DNA of 64,000 nucleotides, from NCBI GenBank assembly GCA_001189215.1, contig LFCR01000002.1, positions 10,677 through 74,676 of the forward strand, given 5' to 3'. The position numbers and the translations under genes were made by a program. Shown here in pieces: positions 9,194 to 20,656 of this stretch. The notes beneath the pieces are model-generated. The model was not told the DNA's origin. It ran no database searches and saw only the letters and a program-made list of their open reading frames with translations. The stretch comes from Parcubacteria bacterium C7867-008 (GTDB taxonomy: Bacteria > Patescibacteriota > Minisyncoccia > Phycocordibacterales > Phycocordibacteraceae). Position 1 is the first letter of the stretch; every line of letters starts with the position of its first letter.

Positions 9194-9556
9194 CTAGAAT
9201 TCAATGGAGTCACCCTTCGCAAGGTACACATACGCCTTGTGACGACGTGCACGGGTACCAGTGCCACGGCGAGTGCGGAGTGAGACAGACTTCGCAGGAA
9301 GATTCGTGACGTTCACCTTACGTGGTGTTACGTTGTAGACCTTCTCAATAGCAGCGGCAACCTCCAGTTTCGATGCATCAGCAGGAATCTGGAATACATA
9401 CACACCGTTGCCAGAAGAAAGAAGCGCCTTCTCTGAGAGCCATGGTGCAACAAGGACGTTCGCAAGACGGCCATCATCGTTCTTCGATACCGGCTGCTTT
9501 GAGCGGACCGATTCCTTCTTAGACTTCTTCTTGGTGTCAGATGAGAAAAGAGGCAT
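9194..9556 (-). CDS. rplW: 50S ribosomal protein L23
   Basis: PWLSEKA, ASKLEVAAAIE, KAYVYL; position. Confidence 0.93.
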   Translation of the reverse strand: MPLFSSDTKKKSKKESVRSKQPVSKNDDGRLANVLVAPWLSEKALLSSGNGVYVFQIPADASKLEVAAAIEKVYNVTPRKVNVTNLPAKSVSLRTRRGTGTRARRHKAYVYLAKGDSIEF

Positions 9557-9566
9557 ACGAGTAGAG

Positions 9567-10328
9567 TTACTTTGCGAGACGTGTTGCGAGTACCTGAAGT
9601 GATTCTTCAGGACGCTCGATCACGAGGAACTTTTTATTCATGAGGTCGACCGGATTGAGGTTACGCACCTCTTCCGTCATGAGGCTGCCGATGTTGCGGA
9701 ATGAACGAGCAGCCACAGTGTCCTTCGAAGCGAAGGCAACGATTGCTGCATTCTTACGCTTAGTTACGAGTGTTGGCTGTCCTGCACCGTTCGCAATTGC
9801 TACAAGCATTGCCTTTGCATCCTTGGTCTTTGGTGTAGAGAACTCAAGCTTATCAACGAAGATGATTTCACCATCCTTCCACTTGCGTGAGAGTACGGTT
9901 GCGAGTGCTGCCACACGCATCTTCTTGTTGATCTTCACTGAGTAATCTTTCTCAGCACGTGGGCCATGAGTCACACCTCCACCCTTCCAGATTGGAGAAC
10001 GGTTAGATCCGTGACGTGCACGTCCAGTTCCCTTTTGCTTCCATGGCTTCTTACCACCACCAGATACTTCACCGCGGAATTTAGTGTGTGCAACGGTAGG
10101 ACGAGCATTAGCCTGCATACCGATAACAACCTGGTGTACGAGGTCTGCATTCCACTTCTTGCCGAAGAGCTCTTCAGGAAGTGTGATGGTACTTCCCTTT
10201 GCACCTCCTGCAGTCCAGATAGTAGCTTCCATGCTCACGGTCTTCTTAGACGCAGCAGCGACTGGAGCGGTCTTTGCGACTGCCTTCTTTGCTGGTGCTT
10301 TCTTGGTTGTTGCTTTGGTAGTAGCCAT
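9567..10328 (-). CDS. rplD: 50S ribosomal protein L4
   Basis: EVSGGGKKPWKQKGTGRARHGS. Confidence 0.98.
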   Translation of the reverse strand: MATTKATTKKAPAKKAVAKTAPVAAASKKTVSMEATIWTAGGAKGSTITLPEELFGKKWNADLVHQVVIGMQANARPTVAHTKFRGEVSGGGKKPWKQKGTGRARHGSNRSPIWKGGGVTHGPRAEKDYSVKINKKMRVAALATVLSRKWKDGEIIFVDKLEFSTPKTKDAKAMLVAIANGAGQPTLVTKRKNAAIVAFASKDTVAARSFRNIGSLMTEEVRNLNPVDLMNKKFLVIERPEESLQVLATRLAK

Positions 10329-10339
10329 ACGTATGAAAA

Positions 10340-10957
10340 TTATGCAGAGATGATCTCTACGAGGGAGCCACGTGCTCCGGGGATAGCGCCAGAGATGATG
10401 ATCTCACCCTTAGCAGCATCCACGTGAAGCACCTTAAGGCTTGGCACCGTGACGCGATCACCACCCATGCGTCCACCCATGCGCATACCCTTAGCTACAC
10501 GACCGCCAGCGCGACCACCGCCACCGATAGAACCTACTTCACGCTCAGAGTGCTTCTGACCGTGTGAACGACGACCTCCCTTGAAGCCGTAGCGCTGCAC
10601 ACCGCCTGCAAATCCCTTACCCTTGCTGGTTCCAGCGATGGTAACTCCATCCCCTACAGCGAATGAATCGAGAGTAATCTCACTACCAACCGTGAAGTCT
10701 GCAGGATTCTCAACACGGAACTCTTTGATAACCTTGAACGCCTTTCCCTTGGTGTGGCCAAGTACTGCTTTAGAAACGCGGCTTTCCTTCTGATCGTCGA
10801 ACGCAACCTGGATGGCATTGTATCCATCAGCACCATCCGCAGTCTTAACCTGCGTAACGGTAAGTGGGGTCGTCTTGAGGACGGTACCAGCCTTAACATC
10901 CCCATTCTCCTGGAAGATTTGGGTCATGCGCTCTTTGCGTGCGAGAAGGAATTTCAT
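10340..10957 (-). CDS. rplC: 50S ribosomal protein L3
   Basis: DGYNAIQV, GTSKGKGFAG, GAIPG. Confidence 0.98.
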   Translation of the reverse strand: MKFLLARKERMTQIFQENGDVKAGTVLKTTPLTVTQVKTADGADGYNAIQVAFDDQKESRVSKAVLGHTKGKAFKVIKEFRVENPADFTVGSEITLDSFAVGDGVTIAGTSKGKGFAGGVQRYGFKGGRRSHGQKHSEREVGSIGGGGRAGGRVAKGMRMGGRMGGDRVTVPSLKVLHVDAAKGEIIISGAIPGARGSLVEIISA

Positions 10958-11292
10958 GTAAAAAGTGAAAACGCGCCCTATTGAAAGTGTCTGTGGGAAT
11001 TCGGGGCGATCCGTTCACCTGGATCTTCCCTGTGCCTGACGGGGCCAGCAACGATCCCTTCAATGGCGCCCTGCCAGATGGAGGCGAGATCAAGCCCGTT
11101 CTCTGCTAGACGATGAGTCTGGCACCTGACACGCAAATACGGTCCCGGTAGCGCAAGCTGCCGGGACTTTGCTTTATATAAACAGATAGACCACCCCCAA
11201 GGGAGTAGTCCATACGGCAGCTTATTAATTGACTCGAGTCCCCCAAGGAGAACAGGTCAAAATGATGAGATTTAATCTCCGAAGCTACTCCA
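10958..11292 (-). promoter_or_regulatory. long structured 5' leader or ncRNA upstream of rplC
   Basis: Extended -10 (TGTATAGT) at 11295-11302, then several nested stems and no credible ORF. Confidence 0.5.
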
Positions 11293-11373
11293 GCACTATA
11301 CATAGGAGGCACTAAAGAATGCATGAAGAGAGGTCGGTCCCGCAGGTCCGACCTCTTCTCACAGTAAGAAACA

Positions 11374-11751
11374 TCAGCCTCTGGGAATTTCAAGCGCAGC
11401 CGTCTTGATGAACGCGTCGCTGACCGCAAATAGACCACCACCTAGATCATAGATAAAGAATTCCCCTTCTCCTGAGCTGAATCCTTCTCTGAGAAACAGG
11501 AGCCCATCGAACATGGTTTCCGGAACCCAGTCCTGGAACAGGTAATATCCAATGAGCTGATCTTTGGTGAAAGAAACCCAGTAGTTGAGGTACTGGAAGA
11601 ACTTCACCAAACGCCCCGCTGAGAGTCGCGCGGTTTCACTACCCACCTGACCACATAAGGAACCGTCTGGACGTGTCCTGATGACAGCGGGACGGATTGG
11701 GAACGTTGCCTTTGCAGGCTCTTCACATACGATGCATATTGGGCTATTCAT
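11374..11751 (-). CDS. hypothetical protein inserted between rpsJ and rplC
   Basis: 125-aa ORF, GAAAGGT SD, N-terminal CxxC, hairpin near 11316-11349. Confidence 0.55.
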   Translation of the reverse strand: MNSPICIVCEEPAKATFPIRPAVIRTRPDGSLCGQVGSETARLSAGRLVKFFQYLNYWVSFTKDQLIGYYLFQDWVPETMFDGLLFLREGFSSGEGEFFIYDLGGGLFAVSDAFIKTAALEIPRG

Positions 11752-11848
11752 TCAAGTACCTTTCCAAAACAATCTATTTGGAACGTATCACGGGGCGAGA
11801 AAAAGAAAAGTGCGCCCATTGCTGGGTGCACTCATTCATGCGGACACA

Positions 11849-12118
11849 CTACAAGTACCCGCTCGCTTGCTGTGTGCTCATCTTCAGACGTCGTGCTAGC
11901 CCATAGTGCTGCCACTCAAGCCTGCGTAGCCATCCCGTTACTTGATCTTCGCCATTCATGCGGTCTTCGAATCCACCAAGACACGTCGGTCGATAGTCGC
12001 GCACAGCAGCAAGCTGAGCTCTTACTTCTACAATACTGCGATTAACTCTACGAAGGCTTGAGATGAGCTTGCGCCGCTTAAGTGCTCTGCGGAATCGTAA
12101 CCATCGTCTTATAGACAT
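11849..12118 (-). CDS. hypothetical basic protein inserted between rpsJ and rplC
   Basis: AAGGA SD before MSIRRWL; terminator-like hairpin near 11810-11831. Confidence 0.5.
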   Translation of the reverse strand: MSIRRWLRFRRALKRRKLISSLRRVNRSIVEVRAQLAAVRDYRPTCLGGFEDRMNGEDQVTGWLRRLEWQHYGLARRLKMSTQQASGYL

Positions 12119-12159
12119 GTTGGGTTTCCTTTCTGGAAGAACCATATCAGGTATGACAA

Positions 12160-12196
12160 AAAGAAAAAGCTCGGCGGTATGCCGAGCTTTTTCTTT
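12160..12196. terminator. terminator after rpsJ
   Basis: AAAGAAAAAGCTCGGC/GCCGAGCTTTTTCTTT inverted repeat. Confidence 0.8.
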
Positions 12197-12211
12197 AGTC
12201 TGTTCTTTCGA

Positions 12212-12565
12212 TTAGACCATCTTCACGTCGATGGTAACACCAGACGGAAGGTTGAGGTTCGTAAGCGCTTCGATGACCTTCGCGTTTGGCGAGAGGATAT
12301 CGATGAGACGCTTATGAATGCGCATCTCGAACTGCTCGCGTGCATCTTTGTGGACGAACGTAGAGCGGTTAACGGTCCAGCGCTTGATCTCAGTTGGAAG
12401 CGGTACCGGGCCCACAATCTTCGCATCGAAGCGATTTGCGGTATCCATGATCTGCTTCACCGAGAGGTCGAGGATCTTATGCTCGTACGCACGCACGCGG
12501 ATGCGAAGCTTTGGCTCAGCACCAGGTGCTGCCTCGGTCTTCTTTGCTTTGGTAGCGGTAGCCAT
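12212..12565 (-). CDS. rpsJ: 30S ribosomal protein S10
   Basis: GPVPLPT, HKDAREQFEMRIHKRLIDI. Confidence 0.98.
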   Translation of the reverse strand: MATATKAKKTEAAPGAEPKLRIRVRAYEHKILDLSVKQIMDTANRFDAKIVGPVPLPTEIKRWTVNRSTFVHKDAREQFEMRIHKRLIDILSPNAKVIEALTNLNLPSGVTIDVKMV

Positions 12566-12588
12566 ACGAGTAAGGATCTAGAGGGCTA

Positions 12589-13791
<1,203 letters not shown>

Positions 13792-13964
13792 AGAATTTGT
13801 AAGTTACTGGTAGGTAAAAATAATTTGCCGCCGCGCCTGCCTGCGCCTTACAAAAGGCAGACAGGCGACCAAGGCTCCGGCGATACCCGCGCAGCGCCTT
13901 CCAGCCACCCCTGCCCCGTTATGGAGAGGAATATCGAAAAGAGCGCCGATCTCGCGTTATGTAT

Positions 13965-13993
13965 AAAGTACCGGAGGCAGAATTAAAGGTCAA
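13965..13993 (-). promoter_or_regulatory. sigma70-type promoter for tuf-rpsJ
   Basis: TTGACC-N17-TACTTT. Confidence 0.65.
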
Positions 13994-14016
13994 GCAATGA
14001 GCTCCTTGCCCGGTTC

Positions 14017-16344
14017 TTAAGTATGGTTGAATAGGCTCAAAAGCCACGTAAACGGAAAGAGGAGATAGTGAATCAGCTGACTGAAGAATTCTCCCGCGCC
14101 TGAAGCAAATACCGCCGCAAGACGCGTCTCCTTAGGCTGGGGTGCGAATGCTGAAGGTCGCGTTCCGCCACCCACACCTGCACCAGTCCCAGTTAGAACG
14201 GATCCCGACTTGGCTGAGAAATCGTATGAATTGCCGGATGGATCGAAGCTGGCATAGGCCGCAACGTTATCCGGTACCACAATGTCGTTTACTTCCGGGG
14301 TTGAACCTTCATTGATAAATCCTCGTGCGGAATTGTTGGACATCACTACGTTAGAAGGGATTGGGTCAGATGCCGTCCTTCGCTTGACCGCTATCCATGT
14401 CGCTCTTCCATTGTCGGTATAGTTTACCGCCGTATTGTGGTCTATAACGCTATCTTTTACGTTGTACCAAGAGAGACCGTGCCACACCGACGTTATGACC
14501 ACATTATTACTTATCGTAAAGTTTATCAGTGGGCCATCAAATGATGCGATTCCCTGCATGCCACCTATAAGCGGCCGATTTGGATCAGTAGTCTCCTGCA
14601 CCCAGTTGTGGTCGATTACCACGTTACTAAATACGGCTCCATTCGTGAATACTTGGATACCATCGTCATGATTAGGATCACCCTGTGACTGATCCACATA
14701 CTCATCAAGGATGGTGTTATTGGAGACAATCATATCAGAACCATTCGGCACGATTCCATCTGCTGAGAAATTCTGAATGACGTTGTCCTTGATTATTCCT
14801 TTTACACTGTTCGCAGGTGCTGTGCCTCCACTGACGCCCGTATTCATGCCGATGCCGCCACGAACATTCTTTATGTGGTTGCGAAGTATAGATAGACACG
14901 GCCCTCCCTTAAGAGTCACGCCGCTTCTTGTACCATTCATCCATTTGTCTACACTCCAACCGGAACTGTTTTTCGCTGTATAGAAATTACCATCTGCGAT
15001 TATGATGTTTGAAACATTGCCACCATAAACCATCACGCCACTTGGAGTAGCTATTGAAGTCATCTCAGGCTTCGTTACAATCCATTTCTTTGCATCATAA
15101 AACTCTAAGCCATCCATGATCGCACCGCTCTCGAACTCTATCCAGAACCATGCGGTCGGATTGTTATATGGTGCTACATTCGCGCTAATCTTCGCTTTTG
15201 GATGATTGCCTGACATAAGCACAATATGATCTCCGGGTTTAACTACTCGTGCTGCCATCATTGCATTCAGCGTTTTGAAAGGACGCACTCTTGTTCCATC
15301 CCCGGTATCTAGTCCAACCACTGGATCAACATAAAGGGTACGTAGATAATTCCTGTCTGGCGCTTCGCATCCTGAATACACTTGGTATGAACCTGAGAGT
15401 GTGGATGGGGCAGGAGGAGGGGTTGGAGTTGGTACCGGCGTTGGGGTAGGGGTAGGGGTTGGCGTGGGAGTTGGTGTCGGTACAGGTGTAGGAGTGGGTG
15501 TAGGAGTTGGGGTCGGAGTAGGGCTTGGAGCAGGGGTAGGCGCCGGAGTGGGAGTTGATGTAGGAGTGGGAGTACCAACACGGGTAGTAATTTCTACTGT
15601 CTTACTAGTACTCCCTCCTGTGCCCTTACACGTAATACCGTAGACTGTATTTTTGCTTATAGATATATCTGCAGAACCATTTGTTTTGTATCCAGCATCA
15701 AAGCCTGCCCCCACACATGACGTTGCTCTATCAGTCTTCCAAGAAAGAGTTACGGTTGATCCAACCAGCACATTTGTTTGATTTGCAGTAAAGGTAACTG
15801 TGGGTCCAGAAGAAGTGGTGGGTGTTTGAGAAGTAGCTACCGGTGTGACAGTTGGAGTTTCAGTTGGCTTTGTACTTCCAGAACCCTTGGGTGCGCTTGG
15901 AGTTGCTATAGCGACTGGTTCCTCTTTCACTACTGGGCTAATGCCAGATACTGGAATGAGCGAAGGCACATCCCGCAGCAGTTCATATTCTTTTAGCGTA
16001 TCTGTAACAGCTACTGGTTCACCTTTTATTGCTGGTACCGCAATACGCGTTACAAGACCATACGCACCTGGAGCAGATATGAGTAATACGAGTATAAGAA
16101 ATATTTGAAAGAATGATCCCTTCGAATTAGTTTTGCTGGGCACAAAAGATTGATGTATACCCGATGGCACTGCGAATGAAGATTTCTGCAACGCAATAAT
16201 TGCAAGCGCACCATGTATATCTTCCGCGGAATACCCTTTTGCAGTGAAGTCCTTCAGCATCTTCTCTTCACTTTCTCCAAGTTGGTGTCTATTGGATAGA
16301 AGTGCCAGAAGTTCTTTGTCTGCCATATATTGAAATAGTAGCAC
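14017..16344 (-). CDS. membrane-anchored surface protein with Ig-like domain, Pro-Thr linker and right-handed beta-helix (pectin lyase-like) domain
   Basis: TM helix; VTLSW...C...YGITCKG; (PT)n; YVDP...GD.GT...PFKTL; NHDDGIQ; repeated I.NN.I turns. Confidence 0.75.
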   Translation of the reverse strand: MLLFQYMADKELLALLSNRHQLGESEEKMLKDFTAKGYSAEDIHGALAIIALQKSSFAVPSGIHQSFVPSKTNSKGSFFQIFLILVLLISAPGAYGLVTRIAVPAIKGEPVAVTDTLKEYELLRDVPSLIPVSGISPVVKEEPVAIATPSAPKGSGSTKPTETPTVTPVATSQTPTTSSGPTVTFTANQTNVLVGSTVTLSWKTDRATSCVGAGFDAGYKTNGSADISISKNTVYGITCKGTGGSTSKTVEITTRVGTPTPTSTPTPAPTPAPSPTPTPTPTPTPTPVPTPTPTPTPTPTPTPVPTPTPPPAPSTLSGSYQVYSGCEAPDRNYLRTLYVDPVVGLDTGDGTRVRPFKTLNAMMAARVVKPGDHIVLMSGNHPKAKISANVAPYNNPTAWFWIEFESGAIMDGLEFYDAKKWIVTKPEMTSIATPSGVMVYGGNVSNIIIADGNFYTAKNSSGWSVDKWMNGTRSGVTLKGGPCLSILRNHIKNVRGGIGMNTGVSGGTAPANSVKGIIKDNVIQNFSADGIVPNGSDMIVSNNTILDEYVDQSQGDPNHDDGIQVFTNGAVFSNVVIDHNWVQETTDPNRPLIGGMQGIASFDGPLINFTISNNVVITSVWHGLSWYNVKDSVIDHNTAVNYTDNGRATWIAVKRRTASDPIPSNVVMSNNSARGFINEGSTPEVNDIVVPDNVAAYASFDPSGNSYDFSAKSGSVLTGTGAGVGGGTRPSAFAPQPKETRLAAVFASGAGEFFSQLIHYLLFPFTWLLSLFNHT
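15407..15573 (-). repeat. Pro-Thr low-complexity coding repeat
   Basis: [24 protein letters not shown]... with varied codons. Confidence 0.9.
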
Positions 16345-16413
16345 TAGGTAGCAAGAAAGAAGGGCGGCCCTTTGGGGGCCGCCGCGAGCACTATCTATTG
16401 CTCGTCGTGTGTA

Positions 16414-16620
16414 TCAGGAACCGCGCCTGCCCATTCCGCGCTGTTGCGCGAGATGATCAGGACCATAGCTGCTGCTCCGTGCGTGACCAACATTGTGGCC
16501 CCAGATCGTTGCGCCGCCTTGCACTTCACCCTGCTGCTGCTGCTGCGGGCCGAGTGTTTCGAAATGCTGCGGCTGTTGCGGTGACCTCACCGCACGAGCG
16601 TCAGGTTGGATGTCCGCCAT
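16414..16620 (-). CDS. small Gln/Gly-rich hypothetical protein
   Basis: AGGGAG SD before MADIQPD; GC-rich; terminator-like hairpin near 16362-16384. Confidence 0.45.
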   Translation of the reverse strand: MADIQPDARAVRSPQQPQHFETLGPQQQQQGEVQGGATIWGHNVGHARSSSYGPDHLAQQRGMGRRGS

Positions 16621-16701
16621 GGCAGTTCTCCCTATGACCTGCACTAACCATAGCACTGTACTTCTCTATTCTTTGCTGAAAAATTCGAAAGGGGGATATC
16701 T

Positions 16702-17169
16702 CTAGCAGTGAATATTACTAAGCGCTGTGTTAGTGGTTGTTGCACTTCCGTCAAAATCAACACAGAAGTATCCTCCACGCTGGAGCGGAATCGATGCAGC
16801 CCACACGCCAGGGCTTGGAATCTTTTGATAAACCGTTATTACCCCTGGTGCATCAACCTTTTTGTATAGTGACCCGCTTGGATAACAGGATGCTGAGACT
16901 GAATTTACTGCGTTCAATCCAACAGCCCGGTCGAACATGGCACCAGGTGTCGAGGTGGAGTCACACACAGAGTAGTAATCACCGTTTGTTTCGAAATAGA
17001 TCTGTGCAGCTGTTCGCATTTCAGATAGTTGCTGCTTTATTGCTCCATCAGCAGCCCTTTCACGCGCCTTACCAAGCGCAGACATGACGATAGAAGCCAA
17101 TGTCCCAAGTATGGCGATCACCACAAGGAGCTCAATGAGAGTGAATCCGAGCGAGGCACGTCTGCTCAT
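16702..17169 (-). CDS. type IV pilin-like protein
   Basis: G-FTLIELLVVIAILGTLASIV class III signal; ARERAAD; FCVD. Confidence 0.9.
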   Translation of the reverse strand: MSRRASLGFTLIELLVVIAILGTLASIVMSALGKARERAADGAIKQQLSEMRTAAQIYFETNGDYYSVCDSTSTPGAMFDRAVGLNAVNSVSASCYPSGSLYKKVDAPGVITVYQKIPSPGVWAASIPLQRGGYFCVDFDGSATTTNTALSNIHC

Positions 17170-17194
17170 ATACGAGAAATTGTACCACTGCGTA

Positions 17195-17245
17195 TAAATC
17201 TAAAGAGAAAGGCCACTGTAGTAGTGGCCTTTCTCTTTAGATTTA
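17195..17245. terminator. terminator after fusA
   Basis: 23-bp perfect inverted repeat TAAATCTAAAGAGAAAGGCCACT. Confidence 0.8.
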
Positions 17246-17254
17246 TTTTATCTC

Positions 17255-19402
17255 TTACTTACGAGCTGCAATGATTTCCTGAGCAACGTTGCTTGGAACG
17301 ATCTCATAGTGATCGAATTCCATAGTCATAGATCCACGACCTTCTGTCATAGAGCGAAGAGTTGTGGTGTATCCGAACATTTCAGAGAGCGGTACCTTAG
17401 CGTTAACCACCTTATTCATGCCACGATCTTCCATACCTTCGATAGCACCACGCTTTCCTGAAAGGTTCCCGGTGATATCACCCATGAACTGTTCAGGGAC
17501 CACCACCTCAACACGCATGATCGGTTCGAGGATAACGGGCTTAGCTTTAAGTGCTGCCTCCTGGAATGCCTGAGATGCTGCGATCTTGAAAGCGATTTCA
17601 GAAGAGTCCACATCGTGATACGAACCGTCGTAGAGATCTACCGATACGTCTACGATTGGGTACCCAGCGAGAATACCGCGATGGAGTGATTCACGAATAC
17701 CCTTCTCAACAGCAGGGATGTATTCCTGAGGAATAACACCTCCCTTAATGTTGTTGATGAATTCGAAGTGGTCCTCGCGCTTAACGTTCTTGAGTTCTTT
17801 AGCATCTGGATCAAGTGGTTCAAGGTGCTTGAGCTTGATCTTAACGTGTCCGTATTGACCCTTACCTCCTGTCTGCTTGATGTACTTGTTGTCTACATCG
17901 GCAGTACCCGTGATAGTTTCGCGGTATGCCACCTGCGGCTTACCAACGTTTGCGCCAACATTGAATTCACGTTGCATACGGTCCACAAGAATCTCGAGGT
18001 GCAGCTCACCCATACCTGCGATGATAGTCTCTGATGTTTCTTCATCAGATGTGATCTTGAAGGTTGGGTCTTCATCCGAAAGCTTCTTGAGTGCCATACC
18101 CATCTTTTCCTGGTCTGCCTTAGTCTTCGGCTCAATGCGAAGAGACACCACTGGTTCTGGGAATACAATCTGCTCAAGGATGATTGGATTCGCTTCATCA
18201 CAAAGGGTGTGTGAAGTCTTTGTATCCTTAAGACCTACGAATGCTGCAATCTCTCCGGTGAATACCTTTTCAACTTCCTCACGCTTATCTGCCTGAAGAC
18301 GAACGATACGTCCAATACGTTCCTTGCTACCCGTGTTTGCGTTGTAGATATAGGAACCAGCTGCAACGGTACCTGCGTACACACGGAAGAATGTAAGTGC
18401 TCCCACGAATGGGTCTGTCTGAAGCTTGAAAGCGAGCGCTGTGAATGGCTCTTCATCAGAAGGCTTACGCTGAATCTCTTCATCCGTCTTAGGATTAATA
18501 CCCTTTACTGGAGGAAGATCGAGTGGAGATGGAAGATAATCAACAACCGCATCGAGCACAAGCTGCACACCCTTGTTCTTAAGCGCAGAACCGGTGTATA
18601 CGGGGAAGATCTCGTTTGCAATCACTGCCTTACGGAGTGTTGCCTGCAGTTCAGCGTATGATGGTTCGTTGCCTTCGAGGTATGCCTGCATCTGTGCTTC
18701 GTCATTCTCAACAATGCGCTCTACAAACTCAGCATGATACTTCTCAGCTTCAGCTTTGTACTGCTCAGGAATTTCTCCTTCAATAACATCCTCACCCATG
18801 TTGCCTGTGAAGGTATATGCCTTCATGCCAAGCAGATCGATAACACCTTCGAAGTCTCCTTCTGCACCCATAGGGAGCTGTGCACGAACTGCCTTCTTTG
18901 AAAGACGATCAAGAATAGACTTGTATGAATCCTCGAATGATGCGCCAGTACGGTCGAGCTTGTTGATGAAACAAACACGAGGCACACCTGCTTCGTCTGC
19001 ATAGCGCCAGTTAGTTTCAGACTGTGGCTCTACACCAGCTACACCGTCGAATACGACGATCGCGCCGTCGAGCACACGCATGGAGCGCTTCACTTCTGCA
19101 GTAAAGTCGATGTGTCCTGGCGTGTCGATCACGTTGAAGCGGTACTTCTTAGCGATATCCTTCTTGTCCTTCTCATTGGTACGTGTCCAGAAACACGTAA
19201 TAGCAGCAGAGGTGATCGTGATACCACGTTCACGTTCCTGCTCCATCCAGTCGGTGGTGGTTCCACCATCGTGCACTTCACCAATCTTGTGCTGGGAACC
19301 AGTGTAGAAAAGCACACGCTCAGACGTAGTGGTTTTACCCGCGTCCACGTGGGCGACGATACCGAAGTTGCGCACTTTGTCGAGAGGATAATCGCGATTC
19401 AT
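17255..19402 (-). CDS. fusA: elongation factor G
   Basis: [39 protein letters not shown]. Confidence 0.99.
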   Translation of the reverse strand: MNRDYPLDKVRNFGIVAHVDAGKTTTSERVLFYTGSQHKIGEVHDGGTTTDWMEQERERGITITSAAITCFWTRTNEKDKKDIAKKYRFNVIDTPGHIDFTAEVKRSMRVLDGAIVVFDGVAGVEPQSETNWRYADEAGVPRVCFINKLDRTGASFEDSYKSILDRLSKKAVRAQLPMGAEGDFEGVIDLLGMKAYTFTGNMGEDVIEGEIPEQYKAEAEKYHAEFVERIVENDEAQMQAYLEGNEPSYAELQATLRKAVIANEIFPVYTGSALKNKGVQLVLDAVVDYLPSPLDLPPVKGINPKTDEEIQRKPSDEEPFTALAFKLQTDPFVGALTFFRVYAGTVAAGSYIYNANTGSKERIGRIVRLQADKREEVEKVFTGEIAAFVGLKDTKTSHTLCDEANPIILEQIVFPEPVVSLRIEPKTKADQEKMGMALKKLSDEDPTFKITSDEETSETIIAGMGELHLEILVDRMQREFNVGANVGKPQVAYRETITGTADVDNKYIKQTGGKGQYGHVKIKLKHLEPLDPDAKELKNVKREDHFEFINNIKGGVIPQEYIPAVEKGIRESLHRGILAGYPIVDVSVDLYDGSYHDVDSSEIAFKIAASQAFQEAALKAKPVILEPIMRVEVVVPEQFMGDITGNLSGKRGAIEGMEDRGMNKVVNAKVPLSEMFGYTTTLRSMTEGRGSMTMEFDHYEIVPSNVAQEIIAARK

Positions 19403-19450
19403 ATAATAAGTAGATAAATAAATGGAAAAGCCCGCCAGGGCGTTAGCTAT

Positions 19451-19479
19451 AAGATACGTTTTTAGAGGTAAAAAGGCAA
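19451..19479 (-). promoter_or_regulatory. sigma70-type promoter for fusA
   Basis: TTGCCT-N17-TATCTT. Confidence 0.55.
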
Positions 19480-19541
19480 GAATCAGGGGCGCCGAGCAAG
19501 TTACTCGACGCCCCGTTGATTGATTAGCGATCAGGCCCTGT

Positions 19542-19727
19542 CTAAGGATTTGCCATCATTCTCAGACGGCGACTGATCTGACTTGCGGCGCTTGCTCGTG
19601 CAGCAAGGTCGCGGTCCCTCGCAAAGGCGCGATTCTCGGGACGAACTGACCTTCCAGCCTTTGCTCGAACTGCGCTTACCTCTTCAGGAGTTGGTCGTGT
19701 TCCACCTCTTTTTTGAGTTTCGCCCAT
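19542..19727 (-). CDS. small KGG-repeat-like stress protein
   Basis: [21 protein letters not shown] resembles KGGxSVPxEKRSFSxDRxLAA; GGTGGGG SD. Confidence 0.55.
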   Translation of the reverse strand: MGETQKRGGTRPTPEEVSAVRAKAGRSVRPENRAFARDRDLAARASAASQISRRLRMMANP

Positions 19728-19861
19728 GTACTACCCCACCAGTTAGTGTTGCCTGTAGTGAAAATACGATTTTAGTACTGTTTAGTCAAATTAGGTTACG
19801 CACAGGTTGCATCCATACAGCACGGTGCTACTCTCACTGAGGTTTGTACGGGGAAACAGTT

Positions 19862-20137
19862 ATGACCGAAGTGACCACCGAACGCCGGCCTTCTTTCGCC
19901 GAATGCTTTCCTGGAATTACCATCACCAACTTGGACTTGATGGCCTTACCCGAAGGACTTCGTCCTGAACATCGGGGTAATTGGTTCGCAGACGGCCCCA
20001 AGGGGCAGCTCATCGTCGGGAGCGTCGTGAAGGGAGACGTTCTTTGTTGGACCACTTGCTGCAGGGACACCGGGAAGCACGATTGCATTAAACGGCTCGA
20101 AACTGAACTACTCAGTAATGGGTTCGTGAAGAAATAA
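19862..20137 (+). CDS. hypothetical Cys/His-containing protein
   Basis: GGGGA SD before MTEVTT; C-x3-CC-x5-H-x-C cluster; ends at the shared terminator. Confidence 0.5.
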   Translation: MTEVTTERRPSFAECFPGITITNLDLMALPEGLRPEHRGNWFADGPKGQLIVGSVVKGDVLCWTTCCRDTGKHDCIKRLETELLSNGFVKK

Positions 20138-20154
20138 GATTCTGAAGGAAAACG

Positions 20155-20180
20155 AAAGCGCGCCAATCCGGGCGCGCTTT
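20155..20180. terminator. bidirectional terminator after rpsG
   Basis: AAAGCGCGCC/GGCGCGCTTT inverted repeat. Confidence 0.7.
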
Positions 20181-20204
20181 AACGTTTCTATGTGATTGAG
20201 GAGA

Positions 20205-20654
20205 TTACCAAGCGAAGTGAGCGAATGCCTTGTTGGCGTCTGCCATGCGGTGCATGTCGTCCTTCTTCTTGATTGCTGCACCTTCGTTCTTTACATCAGC
20301 AAGTTTGTCTGCCATAGGCTTACCTTTCTTAGCGCGTGCTGCGTTGATGAGCCATCGGTATGCAAGAGATACACGGCGCTGCTGAGGTACCTCGCGTGGA
20401 ACCTGGTAGTTTGCACCACCGACACGACGTGAACGAACCTCCATGAGTGGTGATACGTTACGGATCGCAGTCTCAAATGTTTCGAGTGGATCAAGATCCT
20501 GTTCCTTGATCTTGTTAAGGGCTCCGTACACAACGGCACGAGCAGTATCCTTCTTACCGTCCCACATTACGGTGTTGATGAAGCGAGAGATTGCTTCAGA
20601 ACCGTACTCTTGGTCCGGGCGGCGAGGATGCTTATTTTTTAGGGGATGTCGCAT
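20205..20654 (-). CDS. rpsG: 30S ribosomal protein S7 (apparent ~5-aa internal deletion)
   Basis: EVRSRRVGGANYQVP, HRMADANKAFAH. Confidence 0.97.
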   Translation of the reverse strand: MRHPLKNKHPRRPDQEYGSEAISRFINTVMWDGKKDTARAVVYGALNKIKEQDLDPLETFETAIRNVSPLMEVRSRRVGGANYQVPREVPQQRRVSLAYRWLINAARAKKGKPMADKLADVKNEGAAIKKKDDMHRMADANKAFAHFAW

Positions 20655-20656
20655 GA

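Noticed and set aside
11000-11030. AGGGAA...GGTG...GCCCCG resembling a cobalamin riboswitch core
   Set aside because: No ACUG/B12-box elements and an implausible downstream gene
11198-11292. AAGGGAGTAG resembling the yybP-ykoY riboswitch
   Set aside because: It lies on the strand opposite rplC and the other conserved elements are absent
13904-13915. 12-mer GCCACCCCTGCC shared with 63580-63591 (reverse strand)
   Set aside because: A single 12-bp match is expected by chance in 64 kb
15407-15573. Repetitive DNA as a CRISPR array or tandem repeat
   Set aside because: Degenerate 6-bp periodicity encoding a Pro-Thr linker; no repeat-spacer structure. No CRISPR array seen in the window
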